Origin: an uncultured Lentisphaerales bacterium
GTDB taxonomy: Bacteria > Verrucomicrobiota > Lentisphaeria > JABSQK01 > UBA12247
DNA length: 64,000 nt
Direction: 5' to 3'
Assembly (NCBI GenBank): GCA_943788985.1
Contig: CALSSJ010000018.1
Coordinates: 64,001-128,000 of the forward strand
Positions within the stretch are counted from its first letter, which is position 1. Every line of letters starts with the position of its first letter. The notes below the pieces were generated by a model, which saw nothing but the letters and a program-made list of their open reading frames with translations, had not been told where the DNA came from and did no database searches. Positions 1-12,429 of the stretch are shown piece by piece. Made by a program: the position numbers and the translations under genes.

Positions 1-120
1 AATCATCGACCACGCAGACGACAGGCCTGAATACGACATCCTGACCATCCAGTAGCAGCGGTTTCTCCGATGCCTTGGTGATCAGTGCCCATCGGTGTTC
101 ATCAGTGCTTGATTTTTTCT

Positions 121-1632
121 TCAATCAATCACAACCTGGCTGCCCCACCAGTCTTCGTTTGGCTGCCAATCCGGGTGCAGGTATGCGGCATGGCTTACCT
201 CAAGTTTTGGCATCAACTCGTGCTTCAATTGATGTAATCTGGCTTTTTCTTTATCCGGGTCATAGGCAGAGTCGGGTACCGGAAACTTGGCATCGACTTC
301 AATCAACCAGGCATCTAGTCGTTGGCGCAGCGTAGCAGCCAGTAGTTGGTTTTCGGCAATCACATCGTTCTGTTCGCCTGGATCTGACTCGAGGTGATAG
401 AGTTCATCGTGCCCGTCTTCATAGTAGTGAATCAGCTTCCAGGGACCATTTCGAATAATTGAGGAAGGCTCTCCTCCCTGGTTGCCATAATGTGGGTAAT
501 GCCAGAAGAGATCGCGGCTGGCGAGTTCCTCAACCTGTTCTCCACGTAGGAGCGACACCATGCTTTTGCCATCAATCATCTGCTCAGCTGGCACTGAAAT
601 GCCGGCTAGTGCGGCAAATGTAGGATAGAAGTCGATCCCCGACACCGGTGTATCGCAGGTCGAGCCTGGTGAGGTGATTCCCGGAACCTTTAGGTAAAGC
701 GGTTCGCGAATCCCCCCTTCCCACTGACGGCCCTTGCCGCCGCGAAGGGGAAGCATAGAGGAGGAGTAGGCATCGCCAGAAGAGACCCCACCGTTGTCAG
801 AGGTGAAACAGACGATCGTACTGTCAGCCAGACCGTGTTCTTCTAACGCATCCAAGACGATGCCTACGGCATCATCCATGGCCTCAATCATGCCACCATA
901 TACGGGGCAGTCCTGCACCTGGCGCACGGGCAGGTTGCGGTCGAAGATGAAACGAGTTTCAGGCACGCCTTGCGCCACAGCCTTTTTGCGGAACTTCTCC
1001 CAGCGCTCCTGACTCGTCTGCAGGGGTGCATGAACCGAGTAAAAGGAGAGGTAAGCCAGGAAGGGTCCGTCCCGGTGCTCGCCGATAAACGCTGCGGTTT
1101 CCTTCGCCAACCGCAAAGGAAGGTTTTCCCCGTCGTGGTCCGGCTCCAGTTTTGGATTCTTGAACGGAGCAAAATAACTATCTGGGCCGCCAGCCTTCCA
1201 ACCGCCTTTATTAATCTCAAACCCAAAATCTTCGGGATCGCGCCCCTTATCCCCGAGATGCCACTTCCCGGCAAAGAAGGTGGAGTAGCCGGAACGGCGC
1301 AACGCTTCGGCAAAGGTGACTTCGTCAGACCTGAGGCCGTGCTCATAGTCAGCGGGGAGCAGTTTGTTACCCCGACCGGTATCTCGCCAAGCCTCCCCGG
1401 ACGGTGCGCCAATGTATTCAGTGATGCCGTGCCTTGGGGGATACTTGCCGGTCAGAATGCTGGCACGTGAGGGACTGCAAACCTGACATGTCGCATAGCC
1501 CTGGGTGAAGCGCATGCCTTCATCGGCGATCCGGTCAATGTTCGGGCTTTCATGAAATGTGCTGCCGTCAGCACTGAGGTCATTCCAGCCCAGGTCGTCC
1601 GCCAAGATAAATAGGATATTGGGTTGTTTCAT
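121..1632 (-). CDS. Sulfatase (Cys-type, formylglycine-dependent)
   Basis: PNILFILADDLG start, CSPSR signature, GKWHLG and FTSDNGG motifs; no signal peptide. Confidence 0.95.
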   Translation of the reverse strand: MKQPNILFILADDLGWNDLSADGSTFHESPNIDRIADEGMRFTQGYATCQVCSPSRASILTGKYPPRHGITEYIGAPSGEAWRDTGRGNKLLPADYEHGLRSDEVTFAEALRRSGYSTFFAGKWHLGDKGRDPEDFGFEINKGGWKAGGPDSYFAPFKNPKLEPDHDGENLPLRLAKETAAFIGEHRDGPFLAYLSFYSVHAPLQTSQERWEKFRKKAVAQGVPETRFIFDRNLPVRQVQDCPVYGGMIEAMDDAVGIVLDALEEHGLADSTIVCFTSDNGGVSSGDAYSSSMLPLRGGKGRQWEGGIREPLYLKVPGITSPGSTCDTPVSGIDFYPTFAALAGISVPAEQMIDGKSMVSLLRGEQVEELASRDLFWHYPHYGNQGGEPSSIIRNGPWKLIHYYEDGHDELYHLESDPGEQNDVIAENQLLAATLRQRLDAWLIEVDAKFPVPDSAYDPDKEKARLHQLKHELMPKLEVSHAAYLHPDWQPNEDWWGSQVVID

Positions 1633-2123
1633 CGCTTTTTCCTTTGCTGCAAAAAGATTCTGTCAAAATTGTCCTCAAAAATCAACTTCTACCGTCAACA
1701 TCAGCAACTCCCCAGCTGCATGCCCTTGTCTGTTGTCCTGGAACTCAGCCGAGAGTCCCACTGGTTCGGGGACCAACGCTACCAGTGACCGCGTCGTGAT
1801 ATACGATGCCAGATTCGCGGTCGAACTCGCACTGCACTTCCATAGATATCCTTCGGCGCGTTACCATTGATACGATTGACACCATTCGGCTCTGGGGTCA
1901 AGGTTGATCGCCAATTAGAAACGACGCATCGCTAGCTTACCCCCAATTACACAGATAGAGTCCATTTTTACTCGAAAGTCGATAGCCGTCCTGCCTGAGT
2001 ACCCCGATTCTTGCTCAAGAACCGTGGTGCTGAAATTATCCCACAACCAGACTTGAAATAGCCATCATTATACATTTGCCGCGTATCTAGAACTAAACGC
2101 CGTCTCGCAAAAGGCAGCCAGCC

Positions 2124-2780
2124 ATGTACTCGCGGGGCAAGTCCATCAAGAGCAGCAAGCTGGGCACCAGTCGCTGGGTCGATACCACCAGCTAGGCGGC
2201 CCACAAGGACTACAGGGAAGTCGCCCGCGACGTGGAGATGTTCTATCGCAGCATGGACTGCCTACTGAAGGCCAAGGACGCGATTGAGTCAGCGGTGTAT
2301 CAGCGCTTGCGCAATCTGCTCAGCGTCAATTTGAAGTTGACGTTCTACGATATCAGATCAACCTATTTTCATAGTGGCCTGTCCGACCAGCGCCCACGGG
2401 TACAGCCGCGATAGACGCCCAGAGTTGGAGCAGATCGTCATTGGCGTGGTCACCTCGTACGAGGGCTATCCGCCCAAACACTTTTTCTTTGACGGGAATA
2501 CCCGCTACGGCAGCACGGTTGCCGATGTGGTGCGAGAGCTTAAAAGCAAGTTCCAGATTCACGAGACGACCTTCGTCGATGATCGCGGTATGATCAGCAA
2601 GCTGAATCTCGAGCGCATTGTCGAGAAGGACTTCGATTACATTATGGGTGTCAAGCATCGGCAAGAGAAGATGGTGCCCATGCTGTTGGTGGATGGATAG
2701 CTCTTTACCGATGATGTGCGTGAATGGTGCAAGCTGAAGATTGCGGATAAACAGCTGTCGGTTCGCGACTTCTTGCGCTC
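2124..2780 (+). mobile_element. IS1634-family transposase remnant (deleted, frameshifted)
   Basis: FYRSMD..L, LTFYDIRSTYF, GYSRDRRPELEQIVIGVV, FDGNT and VDDRGM motifs split over ORFs 2232..2414 and 2374..2700; in-frame stops; ends approximate. Confidence 0.8.
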
Positions 2781-2819
2781 GCAGAGCGCTCGCTTGTTTG
2801 GCTTGCGCGCGTAGCAGAA

Positions 2820-3285
2820 AGGGCCAGCACATTCACGAGGTGCTGATGCGGGTGCCGTTTATCGTCAAGCCCCCAGCGGGAAGCGATCGCGGCAAGCGTG
2901 AGTCCTCACTGATCAGCACGGTGGATATAGCCGCAACCAGGCTGGGGGGAGCCGAGGCCGAGATGCCAAGCGAGATGCCTTCGCAAGATCTTTCCCACTA
3001 TCTGCAAAGCGACGAACACTTGAACGACCGCGAGTTAGGCTACATGGGAGCCGGTGGGCTTCGGGCGATGCGCGATGATCGCTGGAAGTTCTGTCAATAC
3101 CAGGACCGCGCCGACGGGGAGTTATACGATTTGCACAATACCCCCTGGAAAACCACCAACCTATGGGACGAGCCGGATCAGGCGCAGAGCGTAAGGGGGA
3201 CTTTCAACGCAAGCTGGTTGACGCTCTGATTGCGTACAGCTCACGAGCTGGGACGCGTTGGAACCTGAGGGCCCCACAACTTTAG
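2820..3285 (+). pseudogene. Sulfatase C-terminal fragment
   Basis: HEVLMRVPFIV, STVDIAAT, R.DRWKF..Y, GELYDL..P....NL; catalytic N-terminus missing; abuts the IS remnant. Confidence 0.75.
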
Positions 3286-3413
3286 ATTAGGTGATGCTGG
3301 GCTCTTCAGGTTGGCTGGAAAGTAAAAATCCACTCGAGTGGACTACTATCGATGGACGCCAACTCGAGTCGATCGTTGAGCTGGCCATCATCGACCAATC
3401 CGCAGCCCTCGGG

Positions 3414-5816
3414 CTAGCTGGGCCTGTCGTCGTTGAACTTGAGCTTGACCTCGCCGTCCTCGAGGACGAGCGTGGCTTCGAACGCGCGCCCGGCTTTGGA
3501 CTTGAAGCCCTTGAGGACGCTTGTCTTGCCGCTCTTCAGCAAGGTGGTCGCAGTCTTGGCACTGATGGTCTTGCCAGCAATCTTCTTCCAGATGGTGAAT
3601 TTGCAGCCGGCCTTCCAGGCGGAGCAGCCGAAGGCCTTGGCGCTTTGAATGATCGGCGCTCCGCAGGTAGGGCAGGGGCCAATAGACTCTGCGGACTGCG
3701 CAGCACCATTCGAGCGTTTACCAGATCGCTCTGTGCTGTCGCTGGAGGAACGTCCAGAGCGGGCACGCTGGCCACCGGGACGATTTTGGTCTGCGACGAC
3801 CATGGGAATCTCCTGCAAGACGCCAGGCCGACAGAGCGTGAGCAGTGCCGGGCCGCCTACTTCCCCAACAATCGGATCCACCAGCCGACCAAGCTGCAGG
3901 ATTTCCCGCGCCTGCTGCTGCGTGAGTGACAAGTGGCGGTGTTTCTTCCACAGCACAAAGTCGCAGCCTTGCTTCCAGTTGGCGCAGCCAAAGCCACGGG
4001 CGCCTTCGATGATTGCCCCGTCGCATTTTGGACAGTTTCCGATGCGGTCGCTGTCCACGGCGGTAGGGTTGCGGACAATCTGTGTCGTGTAGTCACGGAT
4101 CTCGCCCAGGAACGACTCCGCATTGCTGGTGCCAGCTTCGATTGCCTTGAGCTTGGCTTCCCATTCACCAGTCAGTTCCGGAGACTTCAGGCCTGGCGTC
4201 GTGATCAGCGAGATCAAATAGCGCCCGGCAGCGGTTGCGGCCAGATTCTTACTCAGCCGTTCGATGTACCCCCTTGCCAGCAGGGTTTCGATGATTTGCG
4301 CGCGTGTGGCTGGGGTGCCAAGACCTCGCTCGCGCAGGGCCTCTTTTACTTCCTCATCGGTGACGGTGCGGCCGCAGGTTTCCATGGCGGAGAGCAGGCT
4401 GCCTTCGTTGAAGGCCTTGGGGGGCTGCGTCTTGCCCTCGTGAATGAATGGCTTGTGCGGGCCTTGCTCACCAGCCTGAAATGCGACCGAGAGATCGACC
4501 TCCGCATCATCGGTTTTGGTCTTGGCCTTTGGCTTGGGGAAGAGCTCGGTCCAGCCTTGCTTGACGACGCGTACGCCTCGGGCCAAGAAGGGGATGGTTG
4601 CGCTCTCGGCAGTTACGATTGTGCGAAGTTTCTCGCAAGCAGGATAGAAGGCCGCGATGAATTGAGTCTCGATCGCCTCGTAGACCTTGCGCTCGGCATC
4701 GGATAGGTGACCGGTCTTTCCCGTAGGGATGAGCGCATGATGATCAGTGACTTTTGCATCATTGATGATGCGATGGGTGATTGACAACTGCTGCAGGTCC
4801 AGCTTAGCAATCTCATTCGGACGACGCTTTTCGAGCTTGCCCAGAATCTTGGGCAACTGCCCGCGCATATCGTTGCTCAGATAGCGCGAGTCGGTCCGCG
4901 GATAGGTGATCCATTTGGCCTCGTAGAGGGACTGGGCAATCTTCAATGTCGCCGCCGCCGACAGATGGTAGCGGCGGTTCATGTCCCGCTGGAGGCTGGT
5001 GAGATCGTAGAGTAGGGGAGGAGGGATGCGCTCCTGCTTTTCCTTGACGTCTTTCACTACCAGCGGTTTCCCAGAGACCTTTTCTAGCATCTGGATCGCG
5101 GCGTTTTGATCCGTAAAACGGGTTTCATGCTTGAAGCGTGTGTCGCGATAGTTCGTGTGTACCTCGTAGAATGGCTCGATCTTGAAATTGCGAATCTCGT
5201 CGTCGCGACCGACAATCATGGCCAATACGGGTGTTTGCACGCGGCCGACGCTCCAGAGCGCCTTATGCTGTCCGAACTGAATGGTGTAGGCGCGGGTGGC
5301 ATTGAGCCCGACTAGCCAATCAGATTCACTGCGGCAGCGGGCGGCACTGTACAGAGCATCATAACGGGACAGCGGCTGAAGGTTCGCCCAGGCAGCGCGA
5401 ATTGCAGAGTCGGTCAGGGAACTCAGCCAGAGTCGACGCGTGGGGATTCGTACGGCACCGCTGAGTTGCTGAATGTAGCGAAAGATCAGTTCGCCTTCAC
5501 GGCCGGCGTCTGTGGCGCAGATCAGCTGCTCGGCTTTTTGGATTGCCGACTTCACGATGCGAAACTGCTTCTTGCCGGCCGCGCGGTCGATGACGCGCAG
5601 CTTAAACTGATCGGGGATCATCGGCAAGCTCTCGTACTGCCACTTCTTCCAGGCCGCGTCGTACTGATGTGGCTCCTGGAGCTCGACAAGATGGCCGAGT
5701 GCCCAAGTGACACAGTAGCCGTTGCCTTCAATCATCCCATCGCGACGTTGGGTGGCCTTTAACATCCGGGCCAAGTCACGAGCCACGGACGGCTTCTCGG
5801 CAATGACCACAATCAA
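3414..5816 (-). CDS. topB: DNA topoisomerase III (type IA) with two C-terminal Zn-ribbon repeats
   Basis: IAEKPSVAR, ATDAGREGELIF, SVGRVQTP, ITYPRTDS, GLGTPATRA; TTG start at 5816 after GGAGG, overlapping the upstream stop (TTGA). Confidence 0.93.
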   Translation of the reverse strand: MIVVIAEKPSVARDLARMLKATQRRDGMIEGNGYCVTWALGHLVELQEPHQYDAAWKKWQYESLPMIPDQFKLRVIDRAAGKKQFRIVKSAIQKAEQLICATDAGREGELIFRYIQQLSGAVRIPTRRLWLSSLTDSAIRAAWANLQPLSRYDALYSAARCRSESDWLVGLNATRAYTIQFGQHKALWSVGRVQTPVLAMIVGRDDEIRNFKIEPFYEVHTNYRDTRFKHETRFTDQNAAIQMLEKVSGKPLVVKDVKEKQERIPPPLLYDLTSLQRDMNRRYHLSAAATLKIAQSLYEAKWITYPRTDSRYLSNDMRGQLPKILGKLEKRRPNEIAKLDLQQLSITHRIINDAKVTDHHALIPTGKTGHLSDAERKVYEAIETQFIAAFYPACEKLRTIVTAESATIPFLARGVRVVKQGWTELFPKPKAKTKTDDAEVDLSVAFQAGEQGPHKPFIHEGKTQPPKAFNEGSLLSAMETCGRTVTDEEVKEALRERGLGTPATRAQIIETLLARGYIERLSKNLAATAAGRYLISLITTPGLKSPELTGEWEAKLKAIEAGTSNAESFLGEIRDYTTQIVRNPTAVDSDRIGNCPKCDGAIIEGARGFGCANWKQGCDFVLWKKHRHLSLTQQQAREILQLGRLVDPIVGEVGGPALLTLCRPGVLQEIPMVVADQNRPGGQRARSGRSSSDSTERSGKRSNGAAQSAESIGPCPTCGAPIIQSAKAFGCSAWKAGCKFTIWKKIAGKTISAKTATTLLKSGKTSVLKGFKSKAGRAFEATLVLEDGEVKLKFNDDRPS

Positions 5817-6748
5817 GGCGCAACCTCCCGGGGGGAGCGCGAGATAAAGAATGCGCCAATGGTTGCGGGGATGATTTGGACAATGGTGAAATGGGCCAGC
5901 GTGCCGTTGAAGGCTTCCGCTTGGGTCAGGCCAAATTGGGCAAGGAGCAGCACCGCGGTCCCTTCGCGCACGCCGATACCACCAATGCCGATCGGCAGAA
6001 TGGTACTCAACGTGATGATCGGCAGAAAGACCATGACGCGCGCCGGGCAATCCGGCGCGAAGGCCTGCAGGACTAGCAGGCCTTGGGTGAAGTAGACAAT
6101 GAATCCGCAACACGCCAGCAGGATATTGGCAGTGAGTTGCCCATGCCCCGTATGGACGATGCCATCGAGAACCCGCCCGATTTTGCTCTTAATGCCCCCG
6201 GCGGCAGCTAGCGCTTCCACCTGACCGCTAAAGCGCGGCGCGATGAAAAAGACAATCGCGCAGAAGGCGACAAAGCCGAGGCAGGCGACAATGCCTGCGG
6301 CGAGCTGCAGTGATGTTCCGACGACAAACAGGCCGATTCCGCCAAAAAGGGACAGACTGGCGAGATCGACCAGCTTCTCGAGAATCGTCTTGCCGGTCAG
6401 CTGCGCGCGCTTGTCGCTGGTGACAAACAGAGACCGGGCAGCTTCGCCGGCAGCCAGCGGCGTGACCGTGGCCAGAAACAAGCCAGCCAGGTAACTCCGA
6501 ATTGCGGTCGCTACCGGGAAGTTGGGCTCCAGAGAGCGCGCCAGCAGGGTCCAACGCGCCACTTTGATGCCGATAACGATCGGGGTTAAGGCAGCAGCAT
6601 AGGCAAGCATACGCAGGTTGCACGCTTGCAGTGCCGCGATGATCTGGCGGGGGTTAACCCACCAGACCAACAGAGCGAGCAGAAGGAGCGTCGTCGCTGC
6701 GCCAATAACGGTGCGGCGACGACGCCGGCCTAAACCGGAGTTTACCAC
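5813..6748 (-). CDS. Lysylphosphatidylglycerol synthase TM / flippase-like membrane protein (UPF0104)
   Basis: Multi-[30 protein letters not shown] motifs. Confidence 0.85.
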   Translation of the reverse strand: MVNSGLGRRRRRTVIGAATTLLLLALLVWWVNPRQIIAALQACNLRMLAYAAALTPIVIGIKVARWTLLARSLEPNFPVATAIRSYLAGLFLATVTPLAAGEAARSLFVTSDKRAQLTGKTILEKLVDLASLSLFGGIGLFVVGTSLQLAAGIVACLGFVAFCAIVFFIAPRFSGQVEALAAAGGIKSKIGRVLDGIVHTGHGQLTANILLACCGFIVYFTQGLLVLQAFAPDCPARVMVFLPIITLSTILPIGIGGIGVREGTAVLLLAQFGLTQAEAFNGTLAHFTIVQIIPATIGAFFISRSPREVAP

Positions 6749-7806
6749 TCAAGAGAAGCTGCTGTCTGATACTCGGTGACGCGTGTTTCGAAGAAGTTCT
6801 TTTCCTTGCCGAGGTCGATGGCCTCACTCATCCAAGGAAAGGGGTTGTTGGTGTGGTAGCACGCGGCTAGGCCGATGCGTTCCAGACGACGGTCGGCGAT
6901 GTGCCGCACATAGTCATCGAACATGTCTGCGCTCAAGCCGAGAATGCCGTTCGGCAGGCAGGCCTTCGCGTAGGCAATCTCAAGTTCCACGGCCTCATTA
7001 ATCATCGCCAGGATTTCCTCTTGGAAGGCTAGGGTCCAGATGTCTGGATTCTCAGCCTTGATCGAGTTAATGACGTCGATCCCAAAGTTGAGATGAATGG
7101 TCTCGTCTCGCATGATGTACTGGAACTGCTCGCCGATGCCAGTCATCAGATTGCGGTTGTGCAAGGACAGGATCATGGCAAAGCCGCTGTAAAAGAAAAT
7201 ACCTTCCATAATCACGTAGAACCCGATCAGGTTCCGCACGAAATGGCGCTGGCCTTCGAGCGTTTCCGTGGAGAACCCTTCGGCCATGATGTCCTCGGTC
7301 AGGCGCATCTCGAAGTCATCTTTGGCAGCGATGCTGCTAACTTCGTGGTACATGTTGAAGACTTCGCGTGAATCGAGATTGAGGGACTCGACGATGTAGT
7401 GAAAAGTGTGTGTATGCAGGGCTTCTTCGAAGGCCTGGCGCAACAGATACTGGCGCGCTTCCGGGTTGGTAATGTGGCGAAAGATCGCGAGCACGATGTT
7501 GTTACCAACCAGGCTCTCACCAGTGCTGAAGAAGCCGAGATTGCGGATGATCACGAGCCGCTCGCCTTCACTTAGCGCGTCTGACTTCCAGAGCTCGATA
7601 TCGCGCTGCATCGGGACTTCGGTGGGCATCCAATGGTTCGCGCAGCCATTGAGGTAATGCTCCCAGGCCCAGTGGTACTTGATGGGCATGAGTTGGTTGA
7701 CATCGACGGCATTGCAGTTGACCATGCGTTTGTCGTCTGGGTTGATCTCGCGGCTGAGATCCCAAGGCTTTGCGGGGGTATCAGAGACTGTGCAGCAGGA
7801 TGACAT
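6742..7806 (-). CDS. nrdB: Ribonucleotide reductase beta subunit, class Ic-type residues
   Basis: [45 protein letters not shown] at 7806 after GAGGA. Confidence 0.95.
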   Translation of the reverse strand: MSSCCTVSDTPAKPWDLSREINPDDKRMVNCNAVDVNQLMPIKYHWAWEHYLNGCANHWMPTEVPMQRDIELWKSDALSEGERLVIIRNLGFFSTGESLVGNNIVLAIFRHITNPEARQYLLRQAFEEALHTHTFHYIVESLNLDSREVFNMYHEVSSIAAKDDFEMRLTEDIMAEGFSTETLEGQRHFVRNLIGFYVIMEGIFFYSGFAMILSLHNRNLMTGIGEQFQYIMRDETIHLNFGIDVINSIKAENPDIWTLAFQEEILAMINEAVELEIAYAKACLPNGILGLSADMFDDYVRHIADRRLERIGLAACYHTNNPFPWMSEAIDLGKEKNFFETRVTEYQTAASLEW

Positions 7807-7831
7807 GATCCGGTTCCTCGTGCGTAAGGGT

Positions 7832-8530
7832 TTAGGAGGGGAGGGAGAAAGAAATTTCAGCAAGAATAGCACGGGCGGCGTCTCCGGGCGATGCCGCATT
7901 GCGCACAGGGCGACCGACTACGATGTAGCTCGCCCCGTTTTGGAAGGCGACAGACGGGGTGACTACGCGCTTCTGGTCGTCGTCAGGACGGTTGGTCAGT
8001 GGACGAACGCCCGGCATCACAATCAACAGCTTGTTGTCGAGGTGCGCGCGCAGCCGTGGGGCTTCAAGCCCCGAAGAAACCACGCCGTCGCAGCCCAGTT
8101 CCAGCGCGCGCCGGGCGCGACTCAGCACGATGTCCTCGATATTGCAGGCAAAACCAAGGTCTTCGACATCGCCCTGATCCAGGCTGGTTAGCACGGTGAC
8201 ACCCAGAATCTTTGCGTTGCCTTTTGCCTCAGCCGCTGCGCGCAGAATCGAATCGTTGCCGTGTACCGTGACCAGGTTGACCCCACGGTCGCGTACCTGA
8301 GTCACAGCCTGGGCCACGGTTGCCGGGATGTCGAAGAACTTCAGATCCAGCATCACCTCATGGCCACGGCCGGTCAACCAATCAATGATTTCAAACCCAG
8401 CGGCCAGAAACAGCTGCAGCCCGACTTTAAAGTGCCGCACATCAGGCTCGAGTTGTTGTACGAGCGCCTTTGCATCCTCAGAAGTGGGAACGTCCAAGGC
8501 AACGATCAGTCTTTTGTCTAACGAAATCAT
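7832..8530 (-). CDS. pyrF: Orotidine-5'-phosphate decarboxylase
   Basis: [41 protein letters not shown]. Confidence 0.95.
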   Translation of the reverse strand: MISLDKRLIVALDVPTSEDAKALVQQLEPDVRHFKVGLQLFLAAGFEIIDWLTGRGHEVMLDLKFFDIPATVAQAVTQVRDRGVNLVTVHGNDSILRAAAEAKGNAKILGVTVLTSLDQGDVEDLGFACNIEDIVLSRARRALELGCDGVVSSGLEAPRLRAHLDNKLLIVMPGVRPLTNRPDDDQKRVVTPSVAFQNGASYIVVGRPVRNAASPGDAARAILAEISFSLPS

Positions 8531-8543
8531 GACATGCAAGCCC

Positions 8544-11402
8544 TTACTGACAAGCGTCGCAGTCTGGATCCAGAATGCTACAGGCCGAAGGCTTGACTTC
8601 CACCGTTGTCTGGCGATCCACCTGAATGTTGGCCGAGGCAGACTTGCTCTTCATCCAGCGCGGCTGAATACCGTGGCGGTTCACGTCTACGGTAGACTTC
8701 TCGATCTGGGTGGCAGCCGTACTGCGCAGGTAGTAGGTCGTCTTGAGACCAGAGCGCCAGGCGCTCTGGTACATCTCGCTTAGCTTGCGCCCGCTCGGCG
8801 CGGCGATGTAAAGGTTGAGCGACTGACCCATGTCGATCCACTTCTGCCGACGACTGGCGCATTGGATGAGCCAAGAGGCATCTGTTTCAAACGCTGTCAC
8901 GTACTTGCGGCGGATGGTCGCGGGAATCCGGCCAATCTCCTTTACGCTGCCGTCGTAGTACTTGAGGTCCTCGATCATGTCCGAGTCCCAAAGTCCAAGA
9001 TCCTTGAGGTCTTGGACCAGATTGTTGTTGACTACGGTGAAGTCGCCGGAGAGGTTGCTTTTAGCAAACAGGTGACTGTACGTAGGCTCGATTGACTGGG
9101 TGACGCCGGCGATATTGGAGATCGTGGCAGTCGGCGCGATGGCCATGGTGTTGCTGTTGCGCATGCCGTGGCTCTTAATCGCTTCACGGACCACGTCCCA
9201 GTCCATCCGGGTCGTGCGATCCATGTCTAAATAGCCGCCCCGCTCGCGCTCAAGGAGAGCCACCGTATCAATCGGCAGCATACCACGGTCCCACTTCGAA
9301 CCTGGAAAGGATTCGTAGGCACCACGTTCCTCGGCCAACTTACTCGAAGCGAGAATCGCATAGTACGAAATCATCTCCATGGACTGATCGGCAAACTCCA
9401 CTGCTTCGGCGCTCGCATAGCTGATGTCAGCATGATACAGCGCATCTTGGAAGCCCATCAGGCCAAGCCCGACTGGGCGATGACGATGGTTTGCGCACTT
9501 TGCCTCTGGAGTTGGGTAGTAGTTGACATCCACTACGTTGTCTAGCATGCGCATTGCTGTCTGAATCGTTCGCGCCAGTAGTGGCTCATTCAGCCGCCCT
9601 GCAGCCATGTGAGCCGGCAGGTTGATGGAGCCGAGATTGCAGACTGCCGTTTCTTCTTTGCTGGTATTGAGCAGGATCTCGGTGCAGAGGTTTGAGCTAT
9701 GAACTACGCCCATGTGGTCCTGCGGACTCCGCACGTTGGACGGGTCCTTGAACGTAATCCAAGGGTGGCCGGTCTCGAACAGCATCGACAGCATCTTGCG
9801 CCACAGTTCTTGGGCAGGAAAGCGCTTGAACTGTTTGATGTCACCGCGGTCCGCCATTGCCTCGTACTCAATGTAGCGCCGTTCAAAATCTGCCCCGTAG
9901 AGATCGTGAAGATCCGGGGTATCACAGGGATTGAACAACGTCCACTGTGATTCGCCCAGCACGCGCTTCATGAACAAGTCTGGGATCCAGTTCGCGGTGT
10001 TCATATCTGGCGTACGCCGGCGCTCGTCGCCCGTGTTCTTGCGCAACTCGAGGAAATCCTCCATGTCGAGATGCCAAGTCTCTAGGTACGCACACATCGC
10101 GCCCTTGCGCTTTCCGCCCTGATTTACAGCCACTGCGGTATCGTTCGCCACCTTCAGGAATGGGACCACGCCCTGGCTTCGGCCATTGGTGCCGGAAATG
10201 TGACCGCCTGTGGCGCGGACATTCGTCCAATCGTTGCCAAGTCCGCCAGCCCATTTGGACAGGCGCGCATCGTCAGAAATCACTTTGAAGATATGGTCGA
10301 GATCATCCATGATCGTGGATAGATAGCAGGAACTCAGTTGCTGATGCAGCGTGCCAGCATTGAACAACGTCGGTGTCGATGAGACAAAGAGAAAGGAAGA
10401 CAGGGTATTGTAAAACTCGATGGCCCGCGCTTCACGGTCTTGCTCATTCTGCGCCAAGCCCATCGCCACACGCATCCAGAAATACTGCGGTGTTTCGATC
10501 CGGACATCGTCGATGTGGACGAGGTAGCGGTCATACAGGGTCTGCGCACCCATGTACTGAAACTTGCTGTCCCGCTCGATCCGTAGCGCCTGCGACAGGC
10601 GGTCTACGTCATACTCCAGCAGGACCGGATGATAGCGCCCAGCTTCAACGCCTTTCTCGAGCGTCGTGCGGAAGCCATTGCGGTGAACGGTCTCGGGGGC
10701 GCCGGGATCGAACTCCCCCAGAACCTCTGCGTAGACGTCCTTCAAAAGCAGTCGGGCAGCCACATATGTATAGTTGGGCTCCCGCTCAATATGGGACTTT
10801 GCCGCCAGGATCATGGCCTTGTTCAGCTCTTCCTGGGTCGCTCCATCAAAGATTACCCGGAGAGTTTCCTCGGCAAGCGCCTGTGCCGAACAGACGTTCT
10901 CTAAACCGCGGCAAGCAATCGCGATGTGACGACGCATCAGCTTGGTATCCAGAGGGATACGTTCACCATTCACCAGAATATGCAGCTGCTTTTCCGGTTC
11001 CTCTGGCGGAATATCTTCTCGCAGCTCTCTGACTTTCCTGCGATCTTCTCTGTAGAGGATGAATGAGCGTGCTGCTTCAAAATGCCGATCAATCATCAGC
11101 TGCTTCTCAGCTTCGTCCTGAACCCCTTCGACGGTCAGGTCCTCGCCAGCCAAGGCGCGGGCGACCTGCTCGGAAACCACATTGTTGCTGACGCTTCTTG
11201 CACTCCGCTGCAACTCTTCCGTAAGTGTCTCGTTTTCTCTAAGCTGAACTGAAGCTCGGAACGCCTGCTCAATTGCCCGGTGAATGCGCGCTTCCTGAAA
11301 AATTGCCCGGCGGCCGTCCCGCTTTTTGACACGAAACTCGCGGTCAACGAGGGGGTCTAGGCCGGCGAGTGGAAGTTGAACTTCAACGGACGATTTGATC
11401 AT
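8544..11402 (-). CDS. nrdA: Ribonucleotide reductase alpha subunit with two N-terminal ATP cones
   Basis: VKKRDG cone, [40 protein letters not shown]-terminal CDACQ. Confidence 0.97.
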   Translation of the reverse strand: MIKSSVEVQLPLAGLDPLVDREFRVKKRDGRRAIFQEARIHRAIEQAFRASVQLRENETLTEELQRSARSVSNNVVSEQVARALAGEDLTVEGVQDEAEKQLMIDRHFEAARSFILYREDRRKVRELREDIPPEEPEKQLHILVNGERIPLDTKLMRRHIAIACRGLENVCSAQALAEETLRVIFDGATQEELNKAMILAAKSHIEREPNYTYVAARLLLKDVYAEVLGEFDPGAPETVHRNGFRTTLEKGVEAGRYHPVLLEYDVDRLSQALRIERDSKFQYMGAQTLYDRYLVHIDDVRIETPQYFWMRVAMGLAQNEQDREARAIEFYNTLSSFLFVSSTPTLFNAGTLHQQLSSCYLSTIMDDLDHIFKVISDDARLSKWAGGLGNDWTNVRATGGHISGTNGRSQGVVPFLKVANDTAVAVNQGGKRKGAMCAYLETWHLDMEDFLELRKNTGDERRRTPDMNTANWIPDLFMKRVLGESQWTLFNPCDTPDLHDLYGADFERRYIEYEAMADRGDIKQFKRFPAQELWRKMLSMLFETGHPWITFKDPSNVRSPQDHMGVVHSSNLCTEILLNTSKEETAVCNLGSINLPAHMAAGRLNEPLLARTIQTAMRMLDNVVDVNYYPTPEAKCANHRHRPVGLGLMGFQDALYHADISYASAEAVEFADQSMEMISYYAILASSKLAEERGAYESFPGSKWDRGMLPIDTVALLERERGGYLDMDRTTRMDWDVVREAIKSHGMRNSNTMAIAPTATISNIAGVTQSIEPTYSHLFAKSNLSGDFTVVNNNLVQDLKDLGLWDSDMIEDLKYYDGSVKEIGRIPATIRRKYVTAFETDASWLIQCASRRQKWIDMGQSLNLYIAAPSGRKLSEMYQSAWRSGLKTTYYLRSTAATQIEKSTVDVNRHGIQPRWMKSKSASANIQVDRQTTVEVKPSACSILDPDCDACQ

Positions 11403-11497
11403 AGTAATGGCTCTCCCTGCAGCAAAAGTACGAATTTATTAAGTTTAGAACGACGTGTTGATAACTTCCCTGGCTCAGCGCGCTTCTTGCAAGAGAA

Positions 11498-11544
11498 CCA
11501 CTACATCTTGTGGTCAGCCCGCGCCGCGGCCCACAATATAGCGG
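11498..11544. promoter_or_regulatory. Tandem NrdR boxes upstream of nrdA
   Basis: CCACTACATCTTGTGG (11498-11513) and weaker GCCCACAATATAGCGG (11529-11544), starts 31 bp apart, resembling acaCwAtATaTwGtg. Confidence 0.8.
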
Positions 11545-12429
11545 CGGTATTGGCGAGTTGTTAACAATTTCTCTGAGATTTTTCTAAATTTTTCCAGTTC
11601 CACGCGTGAGCCCTTGTGACTCATGCTGTTAGGGACACTGGCGTCGAGGCGGCGGTTGCGGAATGGCCTCGCGACCAGATTGATCGTTGAGATGGTGGCA
11701 TCTCCGGGCTTCCCGCCAGATTGCGCGAATTCCTGAGACTGGTTGGCTGTGTGGCGTTGAAACGTTTGCGCGCTCCATCCCGGCCGGAGCAGCCAGCAGC
11801 ATAGCGGAAGCTCTCGTCGAATACCGGAAGAATCGCACAACGCGAACAAAGCAGTAAGTGACCTACATCGGACAGCGCGCCGGATTGTCAAATTCGGATG
11901 CTGGCTCGCTTGGGCAAGTAAATTTTGAATTCTAAAAAGTCTGGGGGTGTTTCGAATTGGCTGCATTAAGGTAGGTTCCCTTTCTGCTGCTATGCCGTAT
12001 TTTCCCGCGGTTGCCACCGGCGCGGGCGGTGATGGCAGGCGCGAGGCAACTCACGCCAGAGAGCGCCCGGTCCTTCATCGTCGACCGCGGGCACAATGGA
12101 CGGCGGCTCAGCACTGGCAACGATGAGTCGCTCAACTCTTGATCCCACCACGGCCAGATCCTGATGAAACCAGGCCAGGGGCTCCAGCCCCTTAGTGGTG
12201 CCTCAAGTAGGTGCGAGTCCGAGAGGAACGCCCAGAATGAAGCACTTGATGGCCCAGAATGATGCAGATTGCGCCGTGTTATCTGTGGGGCGGCCGCTTA
12301 GTATGACGGACGGCGGGTTTGCGGGCGGACCTCCGCCCGGCCAGAAGCGCCACTGGTGCACGGAGATACCCGAGCTCAAGATTGTGCCGGGGGCTACACT
12401 CACCTTCCTGAACGACTACCTAATTGGAA

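Noticed and set aside
2..55. 3' end of a + strand CDS (IIDHADDRPEYDILTIQ*)
   Set aside because: Too short to support or assign
5817..6113. N-terminal extension of TopB in the ORF track
   Set aside because: Overlaps the UPF0104 gene; an RBS and TTG at 5816 fit the conserved start
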